From a virus, in the IMG/VR virus record IMGVR_UViG_3300011896_000001, positions 1-52,991 of that record: a stretch of DNA of 52,991 nt. The stretch is one strand, 5' to 3'. The translations under genes and the position numbers were made by a program. The notes below the pieces were generated by a model, which saw nothing but the letters and a program-made list of their open reading frames with translations, was not told the DNA's origin and ran no database searches. How positions within the stretch are numbered: the first letter of the stretch is position 1; each line of letters starts with the position of its first letter. Of this stretch, positions 1 through 6,890 are shown in pieces.

Positions 1-107
1 GCGTACTTGAAACGAGATTTTAGACTTTTCCGTTCTAAGCATTCACATTCGATAGCAACATCAACATATTTTCCTTTTAGAAATTCAGATGGCTCTTTAA
101 TGAATGT
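1..107. repeat. Terminal direct duplication; identical to 52885-52991. Indicates a circular or circularly permuted molecule with 52,884 bp of unique sequence.
   Basis: Base-by-base comparison: gcgtacttgaaacgag...ggctctttaatgaatgt is present at both ends. A minus-strand ORF stays open across the junction. Confidence 0.95.
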
Positions 108-257
108 GTACCCTTTATCACCACATATTTCACAATCAACCGATGGTTTGAGCGAATCCTCTCCCGCTGGTCGGTTGGATTCCTCTGCCAGTGCCTTTTT
201 GTGCATAACTTCCGCTCGCTTCATTAAATCCTTCATTATGTCCCCCAGTTTTTCCAT
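1..257 (-). CDS. N-terminal segment of the DnaC/DnaI-like helicase loader. The gene wraps the junction and continues at 52884..52218.
   Basis: My own translation is in frame with 52218..52883: MEKLGDIMKDLMKRAEVMHKK...SVDCEICGDKGYTF...AIECEC... (CxxC...CxC zinc module). An AAAGGGG RBS lies 9 nt upstream of the ATG at 257. Alternative starts are at 236 and 206. Confidence 0.7.
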   Translation of the reverse strand, partial: MEKLGDIMKDLMKRAEVMHKKALAEESNRPAGEDSLKPSVDCEICGDKGYTFIKEPSEFLKGKYVDVAIECECLERKSLKSRFKY

Positions 258-936
258 TACCTTTCGCCCCTTTGTTTTTAAACTCTGTTTCTGATGATTC
301 AACATCTGCTAAAGTACGAATATTATTGTTAGCCCATTGCTTCAAGATTCCCTCAGCATAGTTCCATTTAGCTTGCTTTTTTAATGCGCGTTCCATAGCT
401 GCTATAACCAATTCTTCGCTTGTATCTTTAATCCACTGATCTACGTTCTGTGCCATGTACGGATTTAATATTCCAATGTTACTTTCATAGAATGAGAAGG
501 GATTCTTACTACTATTACTTATTGTTAAATTAGTATTGTTAAGATTAGTATTGTTAGTGTTTCCCTCAGACACTACCCCTAGTTTCTCTGGGACACTACC
601 CTGGTTTCCCTCAGACACTACTAGTTTCTGTGAGACACTAGGGGTAGGTAGTACGTAATAGATATTTGATAAGTTATTTCCTTGTTCATCTTTCCTGTTA
701 ACTTTTTGAATGTATCCTTTTTCTTCTAATGACTTGATACATTGGACAATTTTCTTTCTTCCGCATCCAACTTTTTCAGTTAATGTTGTTAATGAAGGGA
801 ACGCTGATTGTGTATCTCGATTCGCATGTCTTACAATCACTGCGTAAGCTTTAAACTCGTAAACATCCAAATCACAGTTGTCTATTGCGTCATTCTCTAT
901 CATGAAAAATCCGCGTCTTTTATCAATAAAATTCAT
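136..936 (-). CDS. Phage replication initiator with an N-terminal winged-helix and a C-terminal DnaD/DnaB_2 domain.
   Basis: 266-aa ORF. The C-terminal NPFSFYESNIGILNPYMAQNVDQWIK...WNYAEGILKQWANNNIRT matches the DnaD-domain pattern. The N-terminal FPSLTTLTEKVGCGRKKIVQCIKSLEEKGYI is wHTH-like. Confidence 0.9.
   Translation of the reverse strand: MNFIDKRRGFFMIENDAIDNCDLDVYEFKAYAVIVRHANRDTQSAFPSLTTLTEKVGCGRKKIVQCIKSLEEKGYIQKVNRKDEQGNNLSNIYYVLPTPSVSQKLVVSEGNQGSVPEKLGVVSEGNTNNTNLNNTNLTISNSSKNPFSFYESNIGILNPYMAQNVDQWIKDTSEELVIAAMERALKKQAKWNYAEGILKQWANNNIRTLADVESSETEFKNKGAKGNGKTGGHNEGFNEASGSYAQKGTGRGIQPTSGRGFAQTIG
559..641. repeat. Four phased iterons of about 22 bp (GTTTCnnTnnGACACTAC) inside the initiator gene; candidate lytic origin.
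   Basis: GACACTA(C/G) occurs at 569, 592, 614 and 634. gtttccctcagacactac is exact at 559-576 and 604-621. An attagtattgtta doublet lies just upstream at 527-558. Confidence 0.6.
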
Positions 937-1179
937 TTAGTTCACCTTCTTCATTTCCGTTTCATAGAAGCAATCCGTTTCGTCAATTTCACCTGTTCTA
1001 TGAATACTTTCCGTATTTACAACTCTTCTCGCTGGATAAACGCATTCGTAACCTTTTTTCGACCATTCGTATATTTTGAATCCAATATCCGCTTTTGTTT
1101 CACCACGAACATATTTGTTCTCTTTAGTTTTACTTGGAATAATGAAGCTATATCGTTTGGATCTGTACACTGTTTTCAT
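937..1179 (-). CDS. Hypothetical protein, about 80 aa from MKTVYRS.
   Basis: Track ORF 937..1200. The internal ATG at 1179 overlaps the upstream stop (TGATG), which suggests translational coupling. Confidence 0.55.
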   Translation of the reverse strand: MKTVYRSKRYSFIIPSKTKENKYVRGETKADIGFKIYEWSKKGYECVYPARRVVNTESIHRTGEIDETDCFYETEMKKVN

Positions 1180-1355
1180 CACGCATTCTCCCTTTCGCAT
1201 ACCGCTATATCGCCTTGAATTTTGATTATTTTATATCCTGGGTAGCGATCGGGAGTAATGTACTCAATCGCCTTTGCTTTTGCTTCTTTCTCATTTCGTG
1301 CGCCCTTCCACACCCACGCCGGAAGGACGACTTTCGATTGATTTTTATCTAACAT
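1179..1355 (-). CDS. Hypothetical small protein, 58 aa (MLDKNQSKVVLPAWVWKGARNEKEAK...).
   Basis: Below the track cutoff. An AGGAGTG RBS lies 8 nt upstream of the ATG at 1355, and the stop overlaps the next start. Confidence 0.5.
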   Translation of the reverse strand: MLDKNQSKVVLPAWVWKGARNEKEAKAKAIEYITPDRYPGYKIIKIQGDIAVCERENA

Positions 1356-1369
1356 AGGTTTTTCACTCC

Positions 1370-2071
1370 TTAACCTGCTTGGCTATATTGCTTTTCCCAT
1401 CCCATTAGTACTTCAATTGCTTTCGATGCAACCTGTGAGCTAATCTCGCTTAGGTTGTCAGTTCCGATGTTTCCTTTCAATGTATCTTCAATCGTTTGTT
1501 TATCAGCTTTTGCTAAAACTGAAATGTGTGCTATTTTAGCGTGTATCATTTTCATTTGTTTTTCAGATGCTTTGCCATTACCGCCTGTGTTTTGTTGCTT
1601 AGGTTGACTGTTATTATTGCTGTATGAATTAGTTTGTTGTTTACCTTTTGTATTTTTCGCATCAGCATCATCTTCATCGGTAGGAATACCGAAGAATTTA
1701 AGTAAGAAGTACCTTTCGGAATAAGTTAATGCTGATCCATATGCTTTAGATACATCATCCTGTTGCCCGAAGAATTTCCAAGGTATCGTTTCTCGCTCTT
1801 CAGGTTTTTCAGCATTTATCCATTCGTAGAATCCATCACCTTCAATAACGAAATCCGTTATCTCTCTTCCTTTTTGATTCTTATAGCTATACTGCCAAGT
1901 TTTATGTTCGCCCATCTTAGGCATTAAGATGACTTGTAACTCATCCATGTTCTTTTTGATTTTGTGGAGTATTTGAGAACCTGTTACGTAGTCATATCCG
2001 TAACTTTTCCCGTTTTTTTTGAATACATCTATTTCTTTACGAATCGCGACTAGCTTTTGCCAGAGATTCAT
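1370..2071 (-). CDS. erf: ERF-family single-strand annealing recombinase.
   Basis: 233 aa. KSYGYDYVTGSQIL...SKAYGSALTYSERYFLLKFFGIPTDEDDAD matches the ERF superfamily pattern. It lies in the replication/recombination module. Confidence 0.85.
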   Translation of the reverse strand: MNLWQKLVAIRKEIDVFKKNGKSYGYDYVTGSQILHKIKKNMDELQVILMPKMGEHKTWQYSYKNQKGREITDFVIEGDGFYEWINAEKPEERETIPWKFFGQQDDVSKAYGSALTYSERYFLLKFFGIPTDEDDADAKNTKGKQQTNSYSNNNSQPKQQNTGGNGKASEKQMKMIHAKIAHISVLAKADKQTIEDTLKGNIGTDNLSEISSQVASKAIEVLMGWEKQYSQAG

Positions 2072-2271
2072 TCTTCGCCATCTCCTTTATTGAGCATTCT
2101 CAAAACCTCAAGCGCATCTTCTAGTTCAGACACTTTATTCTCTGTTTCTTGGATATTCTCAATTACTATTGGCTTCTTTTCTTCTAATCTTTCTAACTCT
2201 CGCTTATATTCACTTAATCTCCTTTGTTCTACAGATAATGACTTTTCTAATTCCTCAATCCCTGCGTTCAA
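2068..2271 (-). CDS. Hypothetical coiled-coil protein, 67 aa.
   Basis: Track ORF with 4-nt overlaps to both neighbours; heptad-rich sequence. Confidence 0.55.
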   Translation of the reverse strand: MNAGIEELEKSLSVEQRRLSEYKRELERLEEKKPIVIENIQETENKVSELEDALEVLRMLNKGDGEE

Positions 2272-2453
2272 AACGGAATCACCTCTTCTTGTTGACTAAC
2301 ATCATAAACTTCCATAAGTGCCTGTAATCCGTATTCATAAGCCACAACCATCGATGCGGCATTAGGTTCTTTACTTTGCTTGTATCGTTCAACCAAACTC
2401 ATCATTATTTGAATTTCAGCTTCAATTTTGTTTTGTAGGCCCATCTTATTCAC
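2268..2453 (-). CDS. Hypothetical protein, 61 aa.
   Basis: Track ORF, coupled to neighbours by short overlaps. Confidence 0.5.
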   Translation of the reverse strand: MNKMGLQNKIEAEIQIMMSLVERYKQSKEPNAASMVVAYEYGLQALMEVYDVSQQEEVIPF

Positions 2454-2652
2454 CTGCTACTTTCTCTGTAGAATGAGACTTAACATATTGAGTAATGCAA
2501 TTTGTATCTGCATGTAGGTAATCTCCACCAAAGTCTAAGCAACTTTCTCCGTAGTAGATCTCGCCTTCGCAACCACAACATAGTTCAATGAAGTCTCTAG
2601 CAGATGAATCGTGAGCATTTCCGATTAACATTCCGTTTTCAACCATTTCCAC
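2446..2652 (-). CDS. Hypothetical Cys-rich small protein, 68 aa.
   Basis: Track ORF. A GGAGGAATGTGGAA ATG RBS context is present. Cysteine pattern is CCGC...C...C. Confidence 0.55.
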   Translation of the reverse strand: MEMVENGMLIGNAHDSSARDFIELCCGCEGEIYYGESCLDFGGDYLHADTNCITQYVKSHSTEKVAGE

Positions 2653-2673
2653 ATTCCTCCACTCAGTAGTTAT

Positions 2674-2702
2674 TTACTTAGAAGAAATGACCGTGTTATA
2701 AT
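2674..2702 (+). promoter_or_regulatory. Sigma-A-type promoter on the plus strand: TTACTT-17-TATAAT.
   Basis: -35 at 2674-2679, exact 17-nt spacer, perfect -10 at 2697-2702. The -10 is bracketed by an 11-bp perfect inverted repeat, gaagaaatgac (2681-2691) and gtcatttcttc (2719-2729). Confidence 0.6.
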
Positions 2703-2708
2703 AGAGGT

Positions 2709-2775
2709 AGAATATTGAGTCATTTCTTCAAAAGAGTCGATTATTAGGTGTAGTCGGCTCTTTTTATTTTGTTTT
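2709..2775 (+). ncRNA. Candidate antisense sRNA of about 65 nt with its own promoter and intrinsic terminator.
   Basis: The terminator stem gagtcga (2734-2740) / tcggctc (2754-2760) pairs fully only on the plus strand (one G-U) and is followed by TTTTTATTTTGTTTTG. There is no ORF. It is antisense to the minus-strand early operon leader. Confidence 0.5.
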
Positions 2776-2955
2776 GATGCTTTCACGCATCGGAATATCC
2801 AGGAACCCATTTACTAGGTGGGGGATACCGTTAAATTCCTGAATATTCCGACAAGCGAAGGCTTGTCCTAAGAAAGACGTCTTGGCGATGACCTGCGATG
2901 TATTATGGTGCAGCTCCCCTGTTAAGGATCATGGCTCGCTCTCGCTATTTCTTCC
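2776..2955 (-). ncRNA. Structured ORF-free intercistronic RNA element in the early operon; identity unknown.
   Basis: Three adjacent helices are present. GATGC/GCATC is at 2776-2791. A 14-bp stem at 2791-2804 / 2837-2850 has its single non-Watson-Crick pair as G-U only on the minus strand. gacaagc-gaag-gcttgtc is at 2850-2867. The tract is GC-enriched and has stops in all frames. Confidence 0.45.
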
Positions 2956-3153
2956 CTACCTGCTAGCATGGACTAACCATGATAGCAACGCTCTTAGCTT
3001 AAAGGGCTTGTTTATAGTCGCTAAGACGACTTTTATTGATTTTGGCATGTACATCTTCATTGTTATCCACAGTTTTGCGAATGGATGATCACCAGGTTTC
3101 GTGAAGCAATATTCATTGTAGAATCCCGTATTCAATTTCCCTTTAAAAATCAT
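2956..3153 (-). CDS. Hypothetical protein, 65 aa.
   Basis: Track ORF. An AAAGGGG RBS lies 9 nt upstream of the ATG at 3153. The C-terminal part runs into the structured tract, so the real end is uncertain. Confidence 0.4.
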   Translation of the reverse strand: MIFKGKLNTGFYNEYCFTKPGDHPFAKLWITMKMYMPKSIKVVLATINKPFKLRALLSWLVHASR

Positions 3154-3174
3154 TTCTCATTTCCCCTTTATCAG

Positions 3175-3312
3175 TTATTTAGCTAAAGTTATAAACTCCT
3201 TATGCATTTCCTCAACCTTATCTGCGCTGTTATGTATCCCTCTAGCTCTTAAACTGCGTATCATTTTGATGATGTTTGCTTTGTCTTCCTTATCCTTCTG
3301 CTGTTTATCCAT
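3175..3312 (-). CDS. Hypothetical small protein, 45 aa (MDKQQKDKEDKANIIKMIRSLRARG...).
   Basis: My own translation. The ATG overlaps the upstream TGA (GTGATGG). Confidence 0.4.
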   Translation of the reverse strand: MDKQQKDKEDKANIIKMIRSLRARGIHNSADKVEEMHKEFITLAK

Positions 3313-3428
3313 CACTTTTCATCCTTCATAATTCGTTTGTCTATCCGTTCCATTAGGTAAATAAATCCTGCAAGCAAGATAACTCCAACCAGTATCATTA
3401 AATGTGAGAATGTGCTTTCTTCCATCAT
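3312..3428 (-). CDS. Hypothetical single-pass membrane peptide, 38 aa (MMEESTFSHLMILVGVILLAGFIYLMERIDKRIMKDEK).
   Basis: My own translation. It starts immediately after the antirepressor stop and has a hydrophobic core of about 20 aa. Confidence 0.4.
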   Translation of the reverse strand: MMEESTFSHLMILVGVILLAGFIYLMERIDKRIMKDEK

Positions 3429-4196
3429 TTAAACCGCCTCCTGATCTTGTTCTTTCTTCAGTCGGTCTATGATGTAGGCTTGTCCTTTTGGTGTTACGTA
3501 TGTTGTTGTCCATGTGAATGCTTCACCGTTTGGTTTCTGTTTAACACCTTGTGCGATTTCAAAGTATCCTTTTTCAACTGCTGGCTGAGTTGGTTCAGTA
3601 GAACGTTTGAACATTAACTCCCATTCTCGAAGCTTTGCGAATAACTGGCGTTGACCAATTTTTACTCCTTGTTTTGTTGCTAACTTTGCAACTTCACTTA
3701 CTTTCAACGTTTGTTCAGATTGCATACACGCTTCTGCGAAGACTACCAATGGTTTCTGCTTTACGATTTGTTGTTGTGCTGCTGCAAGCTTTTCTTTCTC
3801 TTCTTTTAATTTAGTGAGAAGCCCGATTGCAAAGTCTGGATTAGTTACTGCTTGTTCCAGGACTTGATCTGTCATGTATGCTCCGTGTTTTCTAATAGAA
3901 GGAAGTACTTCGCTTGTTACCCACTTTTTGAATGCTTTCGCTTGTGGTTTGCGACTTCTCAAGACTAATGAGTAAAGTCCACTTTCATTGATTGTTTGTA
4001 ATTGTTGTATTCCACCAAGGGTGTCCATACTATGTACTCCCTTTTCATCTTCATCTAAGATTGAAATCGACGTTCTATGATTCTTAATTTCTAGTACATC
4101 GCACACATCTTTCGCTACAAACCAAACATCTTCGCCTTGCACCATCGTTCGAACTTGTCCGAACTCTTCATTATTGAAAACTTGTAATTGATTCAT
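3429..4196 (-). CDS. Phage antirepressor with a Bro-N domain and a KilAC/ANT C-terminal domain.
   Basis: 255 aa. NQLQVFNNEEFGQVRT...WFVAKDVCDVLEI...ESGLYSLVLRSRKPQAKAFKKWVTSEVLPSIRKHG is a classic BRO-N pattern. The C-terminal half is KilAC-like. Confidence 0.9.
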   Translation of the reverse strand: MNQLQVFNNEEFGQVRTMVQGEDVWFVAKDVCDVLEIKNHRTSISILDEDEKGVHSMDTLGGIQQLQTINESGLYSLVLRSRKPQAKAFKKWVTSEVLPSIRKHGAYMTDQVLEQAVTNPDFAIGLLTKLKEEKEKLAAAQQQIVKQKPLVVFAEACMQSEQTLKVSEVAKLATKQGVKIGQRQLFAKLREWELMFKRSTEPTQPAVEKGYFEIAQGVKQKPNGEAFTWTTTYVTPKGQAYIIDRLKKEQDQEAV

Positions 4197-4215
4197 TTTC
4201 TTTCCTCCTCTTATA

Positions 4216-4232
4216 GTTCACGTTTCGTGAAC
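4216..4232. promoter_or_regulatory. Operator palindrome GTTCAC-N5-GTGAAC (copy 1).
   Basis: Perfect 6-bp arms read directly, located between the cro-like and antirepressor genes. Confidence 0.6.
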
Positions 4233-4262
4233 GTTTAGGTAAAAATAATAGTTAACTTTTCG

Positions 4263-4463
4263 TTAACCTTCTACTAATTCATCGACCGAAACTCCATACA
4301 ATTTAGATAGTAAACCTAATCTGTACAAGCTCGGTTGCCTCTTACCTGACTCAAGTTGTGAATAAGCAGACTTTGTTGAATATCCAAGATAATCACCAAC
4401 ATAACCCTGACTATAACCACGATTCTTTCGTAACGCTTTGGCTTTTTCTATATTTAATTTCAT
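4263..4463 (-). CDS. Cro-like XRE-family HTH regulator, 66 aa from MKLNIEK.
   Basis: GYSQGYVGDYLGYSTKSAYSQLESGKRQPS is the HTH_3 pattern. An AAAGGTGA RBS lies before the ATG at 4463. It is the first gene of the minus-strand early operon, divergent from the CI-like gene. Confidence 0.8.
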   Translation of the reverse strand: MKLNIEKAKALRKNRGYSQGYVGDYLGYSTKSAYSQLESGKRQPSLYRLGLLSKLYGVSVDELVEG

Positions 4464-4494
4464 GTTTATCACCTTTGTTCGTTTCGTTAATTTG

Positions 4495-4523
4495 ATAATA
4501 TCATGCTGTTCACTATTTGTGAA
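4495..4523 (-). promoter_or_regulatory. Candidate early (Cro) promoter: TTCACA-17-TATTAT on the minus strand.
   Basis: -10 is the reverse complement of 4495-4500 and -35 is the reverse complement of 4518-4523, with an exact 17-nt spacer. The operator at 4508-4524 overlaps the -35 and the spacer. Confidence 0.6.
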
Positions 4524-4524
4524 C
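4508..4524. promoter_or_regulatory. Operator palindrome GTTCAC-N5-GTGAAC (copy 2).
   Basis: Perfect arms, same half-sites and spacing as copy 1. It lies inside the divergent cI/cro intergenic region. Confidence 0.65.
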
Positions 4525-4570
4525 CCCTAAATTTAATTTTCTTCAAAAAACTTAAAAAGGTTGTCTTTGA

Positions 4571-4587
4571 GTGAACTTTTCTGTTAC
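4571..4587. promoter_or_regulatory. Related site GTGAAC-N6-GTTAC, with half-sites in swapped order and one degenerate.
   Basis: Read directly; possibly a weaker third operator. Confidence 0.35.
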
Positions 4588-4617
4588 ATTTTAAATATAT
4601 ATTGAGTATATATTTAA

Positions 4618-4646
4618 TGTACAAACGCAAAAGATAATGGTATATG
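4618..4646 (+). promoter_or_regulatory. Candidate repressor-gene promoter: TGTACA-17-TATATG with a TG extension.
   Basis: Hexamers and spacing read directly. It lies about 25 nt upstream of the AAAGGGGAG RBS of 4672..5022. Confidence 0.4.
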
Positions 4647-4671
4647 GAACGTTATAAAGGGGAGAAAACAA

Positions 4672-5022
4672 ATGAATCACCAATTAATTAGTAAAAGGGT
4701 TAAGGAAATCAGGACTGAAATACTAAAAATGAGTCAATCTGAATTCATCAATGCACTTGGACTAAAAAGTAAATCCGCAGTTTCTATGTGGGAAAACGAA
4801 GAAATAGATAAATGCCCATCGAGAAAAACTTCTTTAGATATAGCCAAACTTGCAAATGTATCTGTAGCTTATGTATTAGGAGAATCTGATGAAAAGAATC
4901 CTATAACAAGCGCTCAAGATGAATTTGAAGAATTAATAACTCAATTTAAAGAAAAAGACCCAGAAAAACAAAAAGAAATAATGAGGTTGTTTAAAGACTT
5001 AATGAAACTAACAGGCGATTGA
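4672..5022 (+). CDS. CI-like XRE-family repressor, 116 aa.
   Basis: MSQSEFINALGLKSKSAVSMWENEE is an HTH_3 pattern. The RBS is strong. The gene is divergent from the cro-like gene and has a C-terminal helical extension. Confidence 0.8.
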   Translation: MNHQLISKRVKEIRTEILKMSQSEFINALGLKSKSAVSMWENEEIDKCPSRKTSLDIAKLANVSVAYVLGESDEKNPITSAQDEFEELITQFKEKDPEKQKEIMRLFKDLMKLTGD

Positions 5023-5050
5023 TAGCATTAGAAGCTACCGATCGCCTGTT
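5010..5050. terminator. Bidirectional hairpin between convergent genes: 10-bp perfect stem aacaggcgat / atcgcctgtt.
   Basis: Arms are at 5010-5019 and 5041-5050. The hairpin overlaps the 3' ends of both 4672..5022 (+) and 5028..5177 (-). Confidence 0.55.
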
Positions 5051-5177
5051 TCATTTTCATTATAATTTCAAGTGACTTTTCATCGCCTTCATGTGCTGCT
5101 TTTGTAACTTCTAATAACTGTGCTTCGAATTCTTCTACCTCTGTTATTGATACGCTTTCTAATTTCTCTTTCATCAT
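5028..5177 (-). CDS. Small acidic ORF, 49 aa (MMKEKLESVSITEVEEFEAQLLEV...), in the position of arbitrium aimX.
   Basis: My own translation. A GGGGGAAG RBS lies 8 nt upstream. It is the third unit downstream of the receptor and peptide genes and is convergent with the repressor gene. Confidence 0.45.
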   Translation of the reverse strand: MMKEKLESVSITEVEEFEAQLLEVTKAAHEGDEKSLEIIMKMKQAIGSF

Positions 5178-5344
5178 CGTAACTTCCCCCTACATCCTAT
5201 TTTGTATATTTTTGGAATTAATTACTTTTTTGCCGTTTCTTCTAAAAAGGAAATTTATCCGTAAAATACGAATGACACCGCCAGTTAAGACGATGTCATT
5301 TTTAATTTATATTTAATTAAAAGCAATGACAGAACTGGAAATAA

Positions 5345-5491
5345 TTACCAGCCCCCGCCTGGATCAGTCATCATGCGTTGAACAACAGGCTCAGATGCTT
5401 CTTGTTTATCATTCGTTTGTTGGTTATCAGTAGAAAAAGTGAACAACCCTGCTACTAATAAAATTGGTAATAAAGCTAATATTTTTTTCAA
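5345..5491 (-). CDS. Secreted signalling pro-peptide, AimP/PapR/NprX-like, 48 aa: MKKILALLPILLVAGLFTFSTDNQQTNDKQEASEPVVQRMMTDPGGGW.
   Basis: My own translation. TTG start with an AGAGGTGG RBS 6 nt upstream. The N-terminus has signal-peptide features, followed by a polar linker. The gene lies 40 nt downstream of the HTH-TPR receptor gene. Confidence 0.65.
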   Translation of the reverse strand: MKKILALLPILLVAGLFTFSTDNQQTNDKQEASEPVVQRMMTDPGGGW

Positions 5492-5531
5492 TATTTCCAC
5501 CTCTTCTTTCGAAGATAATTATACCATTTTT

Positions 5532-6683
5532 TCATAGTAAACCCAAGTAAAATTTAGGTAATTGCGAATAATGGATATTACCAGATTTTTGGCACATCAG
5601 CAAGGACTTTCGTAGTAGAGTTTCCCTCTCTTCTCCTTCGCATGTAAGAGCATAGTACGTCGTTTGGATATCTGTCCATCCTCCGTTTTTCTCTTTTAAA
5701 TCTAATAAAATCTTTTTAGCACCTAAAATATCACCTTCGAGTATCTTTGAATATGCATTTTCACTTGGATGTACAAATTCCAAGGTATCCAAATCTCTTT
5801 GATAATGAATTTTCAAGAAAGATAAGGTTTGTTGGACAAGTTTCCATTTCTTTTCTAACCCTTTGCAATTAGGTTTCCCCAATAATTCTAAGGTTTTCTC
5901 TAAATAAAACTTAGCGTTTTCGTAATTTTCAGGTTCGAATATTAATGACTCACCTATTTTCAAATATGCATTTAATTTTGGAAGTGAGAAAAAGCCATCC
6001 CACTCTAATTCATCTAATATATCTCGGCATATGGAACGAGATTCAACTACTTCTCCACCTTGTAAAGAAGTTACCGCCATTGCTTCCTTATATCTTAGTA
6101 ACAAACATTCTTTTATAAATTTATTTGTTGTGTCATTTATTTTTTCGTTAACTGACTTTAGTCTTTCATATAACGTTTTATAGTTTCCAGATTGATATTG
6201 CGCTTGACATAATAAGATCTCCGTCAAAACTTCCATTTCAATCGTTTTAACATTCTTATTCTTTTGTCTTAATAATTTGAAATAAGTTGAAGCATTCAAA
6301 CCTTCATGATATCTTCGAAAAATTATTTCGTATACTTCTGCAAATTCTCTATTTTCGGCAACATCAGAATGAGCCTCTTGATCTATAATCGCTTTCAATA
6401 ATTCGAATTTGCCTCTAATAGCTAAGTCTTCCATAGCTTCTCTTAAATTTTCAGGTTTGGGGTCTGTGTTCATTATATAGTCATTAACAACTTTCGCCTG
6501 TGAAATCAAACTCTTTTTTAATAAAATAAGCGTCTTCGAAAGATATCCGAAACTAATATCGTTAGCTCCTTTAAATACTTTGGTAACTGTAGCAGGCTTC
6601 ACTCCCCAATAATCAGCTAACTGCTTCTTCTTAAATCCAGCTACATATAATTCTCCTTCAAGATTGTTTAATACCTTCCACAC
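5532..6683 (-). CDS. RRNPP-family peptide receptor/regulator (HTH plus TPR-like repeats), AimR-like, 383 aa from the GTG start.
   Basis: The N-terminal FKKKQLADYWGVKPATVTKVF is an HTH. The rest is a long helical repeat body. The C-terminal QKSGNIHYSQLPKFYLGLL resembles the AimR tail KKSNDKFLIRLPLLEL. An AAAGGGAGG RBS lies 8 nt before the GTG at 6683; the ATG at 6782 has no RBS. Confidence 0.7.
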   Translation of the reverse strand: MWKVLNNLEGELYVAGFKKKQLADYWGVKPATVTKVFKGANDISFGYLSKTLILLKKSLISQAKVVNDYIMNTDPKPENLREAMEDLAIRGKFELLKAIIDQEAHSDVAENREFAEVYEIIFRRYHEGLNASTYFKLLRQKNKNVKTIEMEVLTEILLCQAQYQSGNYKTLYERLKSVNEKINDTTNKFIKECLLLRYKEAMAVTSLQGGEVVESRSICRDILDELEWDGFFSLPKLNAYLKIGESLIFEPENYENAKFYLEKTLELLGKPNCKGLEKKWKLVQQTLSFLKIHYQRDLDTLEFVHPSENAYSKILEGDILGAKKILLDLKEKNGGWTDIQTTYYALTCEGEERETLLRKSLLMCQKSGNIHYSQLPKFYLGLL

Positions 6684-6860
6684 TTCTTGTTCCTCCCTTT
6701 TGGAACAAAGACGCTTCGCTCTTTTTCTCAACTTTTTAAACAGGAAATTCATACCATAGTAATGCTTTAGTAATATCGGCATGTTATAATGTAAGTGTTA
6801 CTCGTGTAGTAACCGAAAAGAGACTTATGGCAGATGTTCCCCTCGTGAGTCGGGCGAACG

Positions 6861-6890
6861 GTACAAGTAGTGCTCGCAACACTCTTGTAC
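6861..6890 (-). promoter_or_regulatory. Strong hairpin (11 bp with one bulge) in the long leader upstream of the receptor gene.
   Basis: gtacaagtagtg-ctcgcaa-cactcttgtac, flanked by direct gtgagtc repeats. An extended -10 (TGGTATTAT, minus strand) lies near 6930. Confidence 0.45.

Noticed and set aside
2733-2775. Reading this hairpin as a terminator of the minus-strand early operon.
   Set aside because: On the minus strand the stem has a C-A mismatch and only four U residues follow. On the plus strand it is a 7-bp stem (one G-U) followed by a long U-run, so it belongs to the plus-strand sRNA unit.
3319-3513. 64-aa minus-strand ORF overlapping the antirepressor 3' end.
   Set aside because: It is out of frame with the antirepressor gene. 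The 38-aa ORF starting right after the antirepressor stop explains the region better.
4895-4915. Hammerhead-like CTGATGA cores (also at about 17305).
   Set aside because: They lie inside well-supported coding sequence and lack the GAAA core partner and the three-stem context.
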